Positions 1 through 13,299 of a DNA stretch of 64,000 bases are shown in pieces; positions within the stretch are counted from its first letter, which is position 1; each line of letters begins with the position of its first letter. A program made the position numbers and the translations under genes. The notes beneath the pieces are model-generated. The model was given only the letters and a program-made list of their open reading frames with translations, made no database searches and was not told the origin of the DNA. Source of the DNA: Mytilus trossulus (taxonomy: Eukaryota); the NCBI RefSeq assembly GCF_036588685.1, contig NC_086376.1, forward strand, positions 22,506,001-22,570,000. Reading direction: 5' to 3'.

Positions 1-439
1 ACACACTTTTGGGGAAGTTTACACCATCCGAGGGCTGTAAAATCATGAATGTTTTATATCAATGTAAGCAGGAAAGGTGACTTAGTGTTATGAAAACTTA
101 GACCTTTTTTCAAATCTTTTAATTTACCACTTCCCAGTAAAGTGACAAAGATAAGCTTAGTTTCTTTATACTAATTTTCTACGTGGGACACTGACACAGA
201 GGATAAGAACTAGTGTCTGCCACCTCTGGACTAACGAAACTAATTGGTAGTAAATGTCAGAAGTCGCCCTTTTGAAAAAGTGTCTTCAATGGTTCAATCA
301 TTTTTAAAGGACATTTTTTATCAGATAAAATTTAAACATCCGAAGATCAGATAAAACTACAAAACAACTTTGATTGAAATAAAAATAAAAATAATATAGG
401 TGATATTGCTTAGTCAATAAAAGTTCGGTAATGATGAAA

Positions 440-660
440 GGTAAATATGAATGAGGAAGAATAACAGATATGATTTCTGACACACTTTTGTAATAATGGC
501 TAATCAGCCCATGATGGCGACTGTAAAATTTCTTGAGTGATGACCTTAATTTGATTGATTCATAGCCCTGTATTAGCAACTTTTGAGAAAGTAGTGTTCC
601 TCGTTCAACAAAATCAACATACATTAAGAAGCGACAGCAACTACTTCGTGCACATCCGTG
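440..660 (-). mobile_element. Fragment of a retroelement RT C-terminal region (probably Penelope-like)
   Basis: ORF 304-663 reads ARSSCCRFLMYVDFVERGTLLSQKLLIQGYESIKLRSSLKKFYSRHHGLI, resembling the R.C...F..R...L...L..QGY thumb pattern of Penelope-like RTs; no catalytic core present. Confidence 0.55.
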
Positions 661-1206
661 CACAAATAAAATAACAGTGTCTCAATAACTCCTATATACG
701 TATATAATATTAACTATATGTATCAATATATTAGATAATAAGGCAAAGAGACAATCAATGGTGTATTATTTTTGGCCTGATAGATGCTCGTATTAAATTA
801 TCTTGACAGCAATAACTAGAAGGATATTGATGATAAAAGCCTGTTCATATCATCATATAGTTTTCTCTTTTTTCTCTTATATGATTCTTCTCTTATTGAT
901 AATAGGTATTAAGTTTTTGTGCAATTGTTTTTTTTCTTTAAAAAAGCGAAGGCATCTACGTCATGCTCATAGTAAAAGCAAAGAAATGAACAGAATCTCA
1001 ATAACGGCGTATTATGTAAGTACAAAAACTAAATGAACCGATTTATTTGACAATTAAGCAAAGTGACAACTTTGTTCTGCTTTTTTGCTCAGATTTGAAG
1101 AAATAATAAAAGTATCTATTGATATTTTTATTAATGTTACAATTGGTTTTTTTCTTCAAGTGATACCAATGATAATCCATCGCACTAATTCATTACTAAA
1201 ATTCAA

Positions 1207-1800
1207 TTACCATACTGCAGAAACCGAACAAGACCGTATTGATCTGCCACATTTCATGAAACACTCATTTAGGGAAAGATTATGCCGTATGCTGTTTCTA
1301 AAAGGTTCTTTTTTATTGAGGAAGGGAAAAGTATCCATTATAAAATTGAGAATGGAAATAGGGAATGTGCCAAAAAGACAACAACCCAACCATAGAGCAG
1401 ACAACAGCAGAAGGTCACCAACAGGTCTTCAATGCAACGAGAAATTCCCGCACCCGAAGGCGTCCTTCAGCTGGCCCCTAAACAATATATACTAGTTCAG
1501 TGATAATGAACGCCATACTTAACTCCAAATTGTACACAAGAAACTAAAAGTTAAAAACAAATACAAGATAATCAAAGGTCAGAGGCTCTTGACTTGGGAC
1601 AGGCGCTAAAATGCGGCGGAGTTGTTTGTGATATTTTAACCCTCCCCCTCTACCTCTAACCAATGCAGAAAAGTTAACGCATAACAATACGCACATTAAA
1701 ATTGAGTTCAAGAGAAGTCCGAGTCTGATATAAGAAGATGTAACCAAAGAAAAATTATGTATTGATTTTAGTCATTGAATAACATTTTTTCGTATTGTGT
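1207..1800 (-). pseudogene. foxQ2: FoxQ2-like forkhead fragment split by a repeat insertion
   Basis: About 1754-1795 reads KKMLFND*NQYI, then a repeat (~1340-1753), then MDTFPFLNKKEPFRNSIRHNLSLNECFMKCGRS; contains a stop and is truncated. Confidence 0.8.
1340..1753 (+). repeat. Interspersed non-coding repeat (AAAATTGAGAATGGAAAT... family)
   Basis: Interrupts the forkhead fragment; a reverse-complement copy lies at ~13860-14270. Confidence 0.75.
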
Positions 1801-2439
1801 ACTCTGTATAAATTTGAAATCTGTATACAAGCATAAATGTCAACTATATGGTTTCATAAAAATGTTGTTTTACAGATGTCTGTTGCAGTTATTGAAACAC
1901 TGGTCATTACCTTAACTAAAGATATTAGTTTTATTTCATTTATGTGAAGCTCCTATTTTTTTGTCAGGTTATGGCTATGCTTTAGGTTGGCTTTTGTAGG
2001 AATAACTCTTTGTCGTGTGTGTAATATTTTGTGTTTTCTACTAATTTTACCCCGTGGATCAATTAAGATATATTTTCAAATATTTCGGTTTCAAAAGTTA
2101 ACACATTAAAAAGCAACGCATTTCACAAACTCATTATATTTTCTGCGATTGTTTTGTATCTATATGTTAAAGTATATTATTTTAAATTGATGTTTACAAG
2201 CTGACCTCACATTGTCCAATTTTTTAAGTTATCATATCTCTAGGTAATTAAGAACTTACCAACTAAAAACATGTTTTGAATTGATAATTTGTTGTCTTGC
2301 AATATTTAAATACATAAATTATTGCAATATACATATCTTTAATAGGCAAGTATCAAAAAGAACTGAATCAATTCGTAGAAAAGTATATGAAAAATTCATT
2401 AAAAGGATCAAACAATATTGGATTATCAAAAAGATATAA

Positions 2440-2660
2440 GAATATGTGGTATGAGTGCAAATGAAACAACGTTCATAGTCATAATTTGGAAAAGAAAAAA
2501 AATATATATCAGAGTATTGCCTTTAACACGGAGCTTTGGCTCACACCGAATAGCAAGCTATAAAGAACAAGTGTAAAACATTCAAATGGGAAAGCCAACC
2601 ATCTAATCTATATACAAAACATATATAAACCACATCAACAAATGACAACCACTGAACATC
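2440..2660 (+). repeat. Interspersed repeat (AAGATGTGGTATGATTGCCAATGAGACAAC family)
   Basis: Related copies at ~47757-48170 (+), ~63405-63490 (+), ~29700-30055 (-) and ~39525-39770 (-). Confidence 0.65.
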
Positions 2661-3499
2661 AGATACAGATTCGTTAAATTTATTGTTCTATTTCGGAACG
2701 CATTGGTACAACAAACAATGTTGTTGTATGTGTTTATTAAATCCTTGCTCCATATAAACAATTAATTCTCAACTTATTTATTTGACCTTTTTACGACCTT
2801 TTGTACACAAATACCAGATGTAAAGTTTTAAAATTAAGGACATAAGATAAATAAGCAAATTGATGTTTATTTGAGGTAATATTAGATGACGTAAATGAAG
2901 AAAAACAGTATACTTTTAACTGTTATCATTATATCTTGCAAGCCTAAAAGAGAACAAGGAGGGCAACTTGTTAGCTTTGTTAGTAATTTTGCGTTTGACT
3001 GTAGGCTCGAAAATTCAAAATCAGTGAGTGATAGGTTACCGTTTTAGACAAGACAAGATGTTTTGTATTCTTAATGGCTTATGTCAAGTTGATTGAGGTG
3101 GAAAGCTTTGAATTTCTTTTCTGACAATTAGTTTTTCAGATAATTAACATTTTATTTTATTGTTTGTCTTCACTCACCTCATCTGATATTGTTCAAGGTA
3201 AACATAGATTCGCAAACTTATTTTTCTACCCTAATTTATTTAACTCTCCATCTGATATTTGTCTTTAAAAGGTCATTTTAAGTGATATAAAGATGTGTAT
3301 GAACATAACATGCATTGTTTATATCGAACAATGAGTTCATAGTAACATGCACGTACATTGTTTCCTGAACAATATTGATCATTAACAGACACATAAATTT
3401 AATAATCTGTTTAAACAAAATAGTTTGTGTACAAACAAACATTGTTTGTTGATAAATAACATTAAATGTTTTCAAAAGTATGAATTAATCGAAACACTA

Positions 3500-3680
3500 A
3501 GGATTTTATTATTCAAGGCATAGATTACCTTAACTGTATTTGGCACAACATTTTGGAATTTGTGGTCCTTAATGATCTTCAACTTTTTGTTTGTTTTTAA
3601 GTTTTTAACCGTTAAGATCTGAGTGTCACTGGTGAGTTTATGGAGACGAAACGCGCGTCTGTCATATAAAATTATAAGCC
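3500..3680 (+). repeat. Hammerhead-bearing repeat, degenerate core (CTGGTGA)
   Basis: gtgtcactggtgagtttatggagacgaaacgcgcgtctg at ~3623-3661; flanks match 4385-4600 (-) and 61620-61820 (+). Confidence 0.7.
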
Positions 3681-4407
3681 TTTAAGAACTATTGATTTGG
3701 TCCGTTCATAGATTATAAATAAGAATGTTTATAAGAATTATTTCTACCACAGATGCCGTGCTAAGACAATAGTACATGGATTAGTTAAAAATATATGTAT
3801 TTGAAGAATGCAGTAAACCAAATGGTGATAAGACAACAAACAGGAATAAACAGAATAAAAACGTATTGGGAGGTCTTCAACAAAAGAAAAGAATCATTGT
3901 TAGTTGAGATTGAAAAATAAGATGATTACACCCATGGAGAAATTTCATCACAGACGAAACGTAGAATATTTTTTTGTACTACCCTATTAATTAGGAAAGA
4001 AAACAAAAATGATGAAAAAAGTGTTGGCAAAAATATTCAAGCTTAATCTCTATGATTTTTTAAAACTTCCAGAAATAAATAAGAATGCTTTGTTCTGCAT
4101 TCATACTTTTTAATAAATTCTGGAAGCATAAAGTACCCGTTCTAATGCAATTTGTCCATACAAAATGCTACGGCACCATTTGTGTTTAAAATTCATATTA
4201 GTAAAACAATTTGAATTTGATTCTTTTTTATCAGATGCAGAACCATAAATAGCTACTATTGTCGCCTATGTAAATAGTTAATTTATTTTCACATTGATAA
4301 GCCTCAATAACCAAGAGGTAAAAAAATCTAAAAATAGATGCATTCGGCTAATTCATAATTTGTTAAAGTATGAGTAGTTATCAAAGGGACCATGATTTTA
4401 ATGTAGT

Positions 4408-4451
4408 ACGCCAGACGCGCGTTTCGTCTACATAAGACTCATCAGTGACGC
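4408..4451 (-). ncRNA. Minimal type I hammerhead ribozyme, intact core, inside a ~200 bp repeat
   Basis: Reverse complement GCGTCA-CTGATGA-GTC-TTATGTA-GAC-GAAAC-GCGC-GTC/TGGCGT has the CUGANGA and GAAA core, a GUC cleavage triplet, stem I GCGUCA:UGGCGU and a palindromic stem III ACGCGCGU. Confidence 0.8.
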
Positions 4452-5646
4452 TCATATCAAAATATGCATCAAGCCAAACAAGTACGAAGTTGAAGAGCAT
4501 TGAGAATCGAAAATTCCAAAATGTTGTGCCAATTTCGGCTAAGGTAATCTATTCCTGGGATAAGACATTTTTCGATTAATTCAAAGTTTTGTAAACAGTA
4601 ATGTTGATGGCTGATCTCACATTGTCTAATGCATTAATTTCTCAAATTGGCTTATCTCTCTGTGATTAGGATCATTCCAACTAAGAAGATTCTTTTCTAT
4701 TTTTTGCGATTCTCTGATATGTTTTGATTCGGATAATCGTTTGTTGTCTTTCCATCTGTAAATGAATAACTCATTCCTATATACATATTTTTAATGGAAT
4801 CAAATAGCAAAATCAAAAGCTCAAACGCGTCAAAAGTATGCATAACAACTTTAATAGTTTCCTAACTTGGTACATGCATTTTCCAAAATAGTTTTATAGC
4901 TAGCTAAACCTCTAACTTGTGTGACAGCGATGGGTGACCAAAATAAAAAGACATAATAAGTAAAGATGTGAAAAATAGGCGTATTGCAGTCACTAATATG
5001 TAATTATCAACCTCGCTATAAACACAAACAAATATATCAACCAAGAAAAACAAAAAAGGCTTATCGACAAAGCGCATGACTTCATTTTCATTGTCGTCTT
5101 GTCCTTTATTTGCGGTTCTAATTATTTACATTCTTTTGCATTCTATGAATCGATGTTGCAGTATTTATGATATTTCTATTAATATGATTATAATTATAAT
5201 TCAAAGTTTAAACAATATTTATTGAGATAAATAATTGCATGAGATATATATTTTTGTCATAGGATTAAGAAATACGCCAAGTTGTTAGTTATAATTATGA
5301 CAATAATGCTAATTATTAATATCATTATTATTGATAGCATATCAAATAAAAGATAAATTATTTTTCATTTTGTTATCATAAACTAATATTGTTGTTCCTT
5401 CAAGATAAATACAATTATCACTGTAAACTGTCAACATACTTTTTAATATAGAAATATTATTCCACAAATTTGACCCATTAACTGCAAACTAATGCCATTT
5501 AAGTAACATCATGTGATTAAAACTGTGAAACAAACAGCGAATTGACTAGAACATCAACAGTTTTGTCAGGTGTATATTCTGATAAGCAAACAAAATAAGT
5601 CATTCTGTAATTTTCAACAAGAAAATGTCCTCTCAATTCATTAATC

Positions 5647-7626
5647 ATGATTAATTCAGAGTCAAGCATCTATTATTTGACCAAAGGCTATACAGAAAGA
5701 GTCAATCTAAATTTTATTTCGATCGAGGTAGATGGAGTTTGGACACTGCCTCCTTGTAAAAGTGAAAGTAGCTACAGTAACAGTGCTGAATCTGTTCAAA
5801 AGGTATTTTTTGATGAGAATATCTTTAAACTTGGAGAGGTTTATTTCATATATCAAAAGAAAAAATATATTTTTTTTAGATACACATAATTCAGATTAAG
5901 GGCCTCTTTTTTGTACATCTTAAATCAATCCCAACATGATTAAATCATAAAAATATCCTATTATTGCCATCATGAAGTTAACATTTCCCCTTTGTTTAAA
6001 CGTTTTGTCTATGTGTTTTTATCTAAAAATATGAATCCATATATTAGACAGTTAAGGATGTCTGACGTTTCAGTATCGTTGAAATCTCGTTCTTGAATTA
6101 TTTCTTTCCAAAACATGTGATACAAGTGGAAAATATCAATGGTTTTTTAAAGTATTATAATCAAACATAATTCTGTGAAAAAACTGTATTTACAATGAAT
6201 AGTTTTTGAGTAGTCCAGTTTTCAAATTTTACGACCAATCAAGTCATTTTAAGTCAAAAGTTTGAGAAAATGGTTGAGGAGTAAACACAATAATTTTACA
6301 AGAATTGTGTACATCCAATGTCATTTTTGTCTTTTCAAATTTCTTCGATATGTATTTTGTCAATCATTTAAAACAAAAAAGTTTAAATAATATGCATTTT
6401 GTTCTTAAAAACTCAGAAAACCTGCAAATTTACAAAATTGACAGCATGCTAAATATGACACAAAAAAGCATCAACATATTATAAAACATTTTTATATTAA
6501 CAGCTACCTATAGCTTTTTTTAAGTTAAATTTATTCAGGTTGATCCACTTCATTTTTATTGAAAGTATAAAAAAAGTGTAATTGTGGAACTGGGATTTTT
6601 TTTACCGATAATAGCACAAGAATAGGTAAAAATAAAGAAAAATGTATTTTCCAATGGCCGTTAAATAATGAAGTGCACCACCAAATGATTTTTCTGTACC
6701 TATCATTTTTTTTACAATCTTATAAACCTAAAATCAGGTTTAGAAAAAATGTTTAATTCTAGAAAGTTTTGACTCCTCAAAGGTGTACATCCTTAAGCTA
6801 AAAGACAACTTAGTTCTGCTATGTGGCTCAGATTTGAAAAAAAATATGTAATGGTATTTAACTTTTTTTTGGTTCCATATGTTCCATTTGTTTACTTCTA
6901 TGATAATCATTATTATCTTTATATGATGGTTACCGTTCACATTATCAAATAAGGATGGGTTATCTTGCTGAGAAGCCATTACATTCGTACATTGCATTGA
7001 TTTCAATGGCAATACTAAGTAAACCGAACGAGAAAAAATACCGTTACTCAGCAATATATATCAATACATAATCGAAAATGTCCAATTCTAACACAGCACA
7101 CGGCATAATCTTTCCATTAACGAGTGTTTTGTGAAAAAGTGGCAAGTCTGTTAGCGGCAAAGTAAACAATTGGTCTGTTTATCAAGACTTTATAGAGGAG
7201 TTTGAAAAAGAAGATTTCAGGCGTCGTAATACAAGACACAGATCAAGAAAAATTGTTGTTAAAATAGTTGATAGTTCCTCAAATACCTTTAAAACCCGGA
7301 ATGATAATGAATATGTTCCTATGACATTGTCGCATATGGGATTATCGCCATACTTAATTAATAGACCGCTAACGTATACAACCACTTACAGCCCCTGTCG
7401 TGTAACACAGTATCCTGATTCTAGATTCGGAATGACTGAATCGAAATACCCGACGCATATGCAGTCGTTCGGAAACGATTAACATGTTCCTGTTGCTAGA
7501 AAATCATGGTCAGAAGGGCAATTATACATCGCAGCATCAACAAACTGTATGTCTTTTGTATTCAGACCGAGCACGAAGCTTGCTTTTTGTTCCTCTTGTC
7601 AGTTACAGACAGAGTGTGCTGATTAG
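5647..7626 (+). pseudogene. foxQ2: FoxQ2-like pseudogene (diverged)
   Basis: Exon 1 is 5647-5802 (MINSESSIYYLTKG...ESVQK, GT donor). Exon 2 remnant ~6930-7626 encodes EKPLHSYIALISMAILSKPN and RHNLSINECFV with frameshifts, a helix-3 deletion and stops. Confidence 0.85.
6052..6796. mobile_element. Non-autonomous DNA transposon with TTAA termini (Kolobok/piggyBac-like) in the pseudogene intron
   Basis: TTAAGGATGT at 6052 and its reverse complement ACATCCTTAA ending at 6796; accounts for this intron being much longer than in paralogs. Confidence 0.55.
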
Positions 7627-9539
7627 TAAAAAATAAGTTATGGAACATAATCAAGTGTGCATGCTTTTTTTAAATTTTGGTGTTGAATAAAAAAATATTA
7701 TCTTTGCAGTAATGACTGAGTTTAGTAAAAGTATTTGACAATCATTATGCGTTTACATCGTAGAAATTCATAATAAACTTGGGAAACTAATGATAAGAAG
7801 TTCAATTACAAAAATACTGAAATCCGAGGAAAAGTCAATCAGAAAGTCCCTAATTACATGACAAAATCATAAACAAGCACATCAAACGAATGGATTCATA
7901 AGTCAAAGAAAACTGACAATGCCATGGCAAAATCAAAAGGTCAAAAACCTAAAAACAAATGGAAACAACTATCATATTTCTGACTAAGAACAGGCATTTC
8001 CTTATGTAGAAAATAATTAAAAAGATTTAACCTTGTTTTACAACTAGCTGAACCTATCACTTCTATGAAAGTATTATACTATTATTTCATAATGAAAAAT
8101 ACAAATAGAAATTTTGAAGTGAAACGGATGATACTAAAGGATTTTCAAACAATAAGGCCAAGAAAAATTGACAACGTCATGGACGTCTATTTTAACGTGA
8201 GAAGATTGAAGTTAAATGCTGCATTAACACATTCGTTCCCGATGCAAATGTCGTTAATCTAAGACAACGACACAGGGTCCTTTATGATTTCAGATAATTA
8301 TAACCGAAGAAAAAATTAAAAATAAATATCATCAAATGGTAATAAATAAGCGATGTATTTGTCTTGTAGATGTATACACTGTAACTTCGTTAATCGTAAA
8401 CCCCAAGTCACCGGAACTTTCTTATTTTTATGGCGAAAAAGGCAATGAAATATGTTTATGGAGAAATAAGCCTTTTGACACTCGGAATTCCTTAGCAATG
8501 TTCTCATGAGATTGGAACCTTTCTTAGAACTGAATTTGTTGATTAAAATATAAAAATGACGTTTTGCTATACACCTACTAATAGTACTACAACCTGTCTA
8601 CAAGATAAAATTTGGCATTAGACAGTGTCATATATACCTCACATTACATTACAATGACGTCATTACGCTTAAACCGTTAATTTTGTCCCTGGCAATAGTT
8701 TGCTTAGCAAACATGTATATTGATGAGTTGACAAAAAACCAAAAGAATATCTATTCAGAGAATTTAGTTGTAAGTTTGAATTTTTTGAGGTTTCTGTAAT
8801 AGTGATATTTTTTTTATTATTATTTGTAGGTCATGCACGGGACATGATCAACAGTTACCCAACGAGCAAATACTGAACGATTATTTCATAACTGTTTATA
8901 AATCATTCAGTTCTATCATAGATACTTGCAAATAAATCAATAGACTTTAGTTTTCACATATCATGGGACCGTACAAATAAGGCACTTGAAGGTGTTCTTT
9001 TATTCTTTATCACATGCAAATAATTAGGAATAAGGCAAAACGAACATAATATTTAACTTATTTATTGCACTTTGTCTGTTTCAATATGAAGTATTTGTTA
9101 TATATATATATATATATATGTTATATCATAAAGTATTTGTGAAATTATATCTAAAATTTAAAATATGTTTTACTGTGCTAAAACAAAGATTAAAAGCAAA
9201 AACAAATTCAAATATTATAAAATTATATGATCAAGTCAAGTGATATATACAGTTGGAAACGGTGCCATTATATTTGTCTCTCTTTACAGATACAGATAAG
9301 TGCCAACACAATAATTTACTGCAAACGAAAGAATTGTAACTATGTTCAAAACTCTCACACATTTTTGTTCCCCAAAACGATACTGTACGTCGACGATGCA
9401 AACGTATACACAATGTACAGAACATTTACTAAATTTGTCATCATCATTGATAGATACTTTGTATTTATTCAAAGCAGAAAATTTTAACCCCAATCTAGGC
9501 AACGTTATATACGTATATTCACCAATTAGAAAACACTTT

Positions 9540-10795
9540 CTATTTCTGACAAGATGAATAAAAAGCAGAATTAAAACTCGGTCTGAATGTTAGAAACGTA
9601 CAACTTGTGGATGGTGCTTTAAATGATTCTCGACATGACGATAAAACCGCAACAGGAAATGAAGATCCGTTGCCAAACGACTGCATGACAGTCGGAAATT
9701 GCGTTTTTGTCGTTCCAAATGTAGATTCAGGAGGCTGAATGATATGGTGGTTGTTGTGACGTTGTGTCTGCATTAAGGATCTTTTCATTTCGTGTAGATT
9801 GGATCCAATTTGCGATGATGTCATAGGAACATACCCATTATTGTTCCGTGTGTAGAATTTATTTGATGAACTATCAGCTGTTTTTATAGAACTTTTTCTT
9901 GCTCTTCGTTTTGCATTTCTACGCCTAAAATCTCCTTTTGCAAATTCTTCCATACATGATACATGAATAGACCAATAGTTGCTTTTGCCGTTATCGGACC
10001 TGCCACTTTTCACGAAACACTCGTTGAGAGAAAGATTATGTCGTATGCTGTTTCTCCATGCTTTTTCTTTGTTATTATAAAAGGGAAAATTATCCATTAT
10101 GTATTGATTTATGTCGTTGAGTAACATTTTCTTGTTTGGTTTACTCAGTATTGCCATTGAAATCAATGCTACATAAGAATGCGATGGCTTCTGATTGATA
10201 TCACGGTAAGACAATTCATGCTTTATTGATCTGTCTGAGTATAACTGAACCTACAAAAGTAATAATAAATATTTTATAATATAAAACTAAAGATAAATAT
10301 AAGAAAATAATGAAGACATAATAACTTTTTTTTTGCAATCTGTGCAACAAAGAACATTTACTATGTCGCTTTCCTTTAAACAGATCTGTTAGAAAATGTC
10401 TGTTTGAGTTGTTATATTTCTTATGTTTAATAATATTGACCTAAAACTCTCTGAATTGCCAAACCTTGAAATTTTAACCAGACTATTTAGAAAAAATCCC
10501 TTCTTAGAGCAAAATTAAAAAGAAGCGGGCATTGCCAGTTTATTTATTGATTTATTATTGTTTTTAATAGTATTATTAGATGTACATCTTAAGAAAAGTC
10601 AAATAGCTTTATTGTTTTAATAATACAACATACCTGTGTTATAGATTCAGCACTGTTACTGTAGCTACTGTCAGATTCACTCATACACAGAGACGGTATC
10701 CCGACTCCATCACCTTTTCTTGAAATAGGATTTCGTTTGACTATTTCTGGATCTCCCAAGGTCAAATGATAGATGCTGAACTGTGAGTTATTCAT
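9540..10795 (-). CDS. foxQ2: FoxQ2-class forkhead transcription factor, copy B1 (2 exons, ~290 aa)
   Basis: Exon 1 10795-10634 (54 codons, CAG|GTATG); exon 2 10250-9540 (TTTTGTAG|GTT) in frame. Domain KPSHSYVALISMAIL...YNNKEKAWRNSIRHNLSLNECFVK...YWSIH...FAKGDFRRR is FoxQ2-like. The C-terminus is a few residues shorter than paralogs. Confidence 0.85.
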
Positions 10796-13079
10796 GATTC
10801 CTAGATTGAGAAGAACAATCTCTTTGAAAGAAAATTACAGAATGAATTATATTGTTTGCGTTTCAGACTATAAAGCTGTAAAAACTGTTGACATACTGGT
10901 AAGCGCTATTTTTTCACAGTTTCAAAGCTCGTGATCTTTTTCAAATGGCAATTTGTTTCAGTTAACGGGTCAAATTCCTCAATAACATTTCAATATTGAA
11001 AAGTATGTAGATAGTTGACTGTGAAAATTGTTTGTACAAATAATAACATTATCACATTTAAAAAAAAATACCACTTGATAATAATTTATTTTATATTGAA
11101 AATAAAACAGAAGAAATAACAAACTCAACATCGACTCCAAACGAGTATGAGTGAAAAAGGCTTAGATTTAATACAAGGAAAAATGACAAAAAATAAGATG
11201 AAGTGATGAGACACATGTCCCTTTCCCCACATATCTATTTTGTGAAAATAACTCTCGGTGAATACAGGCTGGTTTTGACGACTGGACCTGGTGAATGTCT
11301 TAGCTGAAAAACATATTGGCTTATAGAACAGATAGCATGACGATTGATCGCTTGGGTTCGTGTGCTCAGTTGTAAGTTTTGTTTATATTTTGTTCTGTGT
11401 ACTTTTGTTTGTCTGTTTGCAATTTAGCTTTTTTTTTATACATGGTGCTGTTAGATTATTTGTGACAAACGAGTGTTAATGCTTCTTCAATATCTAACGA
11501 GTTAGTAACTTTTTACGCCTCTCTTTTTCATTATCCCATAGTGGGTCTCTTTAAAGTTTTTGTTTTGCGTGTGATTTTCTTTTCGTATACAAAAATAAGT
11601 GTTTTAAAACATATTACGAATGATTTTCATTTCTATATATTTTTGAAAGTGTCCGGACTGACTGATGAAAACTACCTGCATTGGCGGTAAAACTGACAAA
11701 TATTGTCAATTTGGGCTCCGGTAAATAGTGAACTTTTACCGAATATCCTCATCAAGTATACAAATATTTTGATATGCCACTACGAATCGGTTCATCATTG
11801 TTACAGGCATTTTCTATATTTAAGCATTTTGTAAAATGACTGAATTTTCAGGCAATTCCTAAAATGCCTTACCTTGACAGGCATTTTAAAAAATTACTAA
11901 AAATACCTAGTCATTTTGTAAAATGATTGAAAGTTTTAAACAAAATTCCATAAATTGCCTGTTCAGTTTCAGGCAATTTGTAGAAGAATTATATCATTCA
12001 GATGCATATGACATTAGTGGACAAAAGCACAATATCGTGCAAATAAGATAACTAAAGGGTCGGTAGAATTAATTTATTAATAAATGTTTCGAATTATGAG
12101 TTGCAACAATCGAAACCAAATGCAGATAATAAACTTTAACTCATGGGTATAGATAATCACAAAGAAAAATTCTTGTCTAGTGCATTAGGTTGTTTTTAAA
12201 TGTAGCTGATACGCATTTTATTTTTGAAACCCAAATATTCAAAAAGATTAAAATTAAAGTATATCATTTTTCTTGCGAGTGAGCGCAGTGAACGGGCTAA
12301 AAAGATTCACATTATGTCTTGCGACTATTATTTAAAGATATAATTACGAAGAAAACCCGATTGTCTGTTAATCGTTCTTTTACTGATCTTTTCAACCTTC
12401 CTAATAGTTTTACGCAGGACAAAAAAAAGCTTGATAACGTCTTCTCACACATTGTGACGTCGCTGATAATGACTGCTGTCGTCTCAAAGCCGTGAAACGA
12501 GAATAAATGAGAGACTGAGGAGAGTGTTAAAGGTGTAAAGATTTTGGCCCACAAAATTATGAGGCGTTTCAATTTAACCTGCCTAACTACCTACATGTTA
12601 ATAGTCAAGCACTTATCACAGGCTCAAATGCACAAACATATTTTATATTTCACAGTATATTGCACTTTCAAGGTCCAAATGGCGAGAATAGAATTTCAAG
12701 GCTATTTCAATTTTAGAACTAATTTTGATTGCACTTTTGTTTTACTTTGCACTTGTAGGCGAAAACCTCATTGTCAGTTTCGCCATCAGAATAACTCGTT
12801 TATCAAGCCCGCTTCGCGTTTATAGGTAAGTAAAACTTACATTTTACATGGGCTGTTCTGTTATCTCCTGGGATATTATCTGGTTATAATGACCGAATGA
12901 ATCCTTGAAAAAATTCATACATTAACGAAAGCGTATGTTATAATGTTAATGCAGACACCATGTGATCATAGAATAAGTCCATGAGGTACGGCCTATAAGA
13001 AATGCTTCTGTCTTTTTGTGCCATTTTTGTGTCGTTGTTCTTCATTTATTTTAAAATTTGTTTTGTAAATTAAATTATC

Positions 13080-13290
13080 AAGTAATTTCCACTGCTAACG
13101 GCAAATATCTTATATTTTTGGAAATGTTATTCAACAATTTGACATGTTATCTGAAAAACAATGCCATTTGAATCAGATCTCGTTACTGGGAACTGTGAAA
13201 AAAACAGCTTGTTCACTAGGCTATCAACAGGTTTGTCAGGTATACATGATGAAGCGCAAACAATAGCATACATTCTGTTATGTTCTCTCA
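13080..13290 (+). promoter_or_regulatory. Orphan copy of the foxQ2 promoter module
   Basis: GGAAATGTTATTCAACAATTTGAC...AACAATGCCATTTGAATCAGATCTCGT...CTGTGAAAAAAACAG...CATTCTGT matches the sequence upstream of the foxQ2 start codons, but no exon 1 follows. Confidence 0.7.
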
Positions 13291-13299
13291 TAAAGGTTT

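Noticed and set aside
1085-1495. 136 aa plus-strand ORF
   Set aside because: Antisense to a forkhead fragment plus repeat sequence; no independent coding signal.
9540-10214. Assignment to FoxL1/FoxC/FoxQ1 or an ancient multi-class Fox cluster
   Set aside because: All loci share one gene structure and FoxQ2-type signatures (SMAIL, AWRNS, YWSIH..C...F..GD(F/Y)RRR); this is a single-family expansion. A phylogeny is still needed for formal assignment.
11780-11985. Short AGGCATTT/AAATGCCT repeats resembling an array
   Set aside because: Irregular direct and inverted subrepeats typical of a MITE interior; no CRISPR-like repeat-spacer regularity, and the DNA is eukaryotic.
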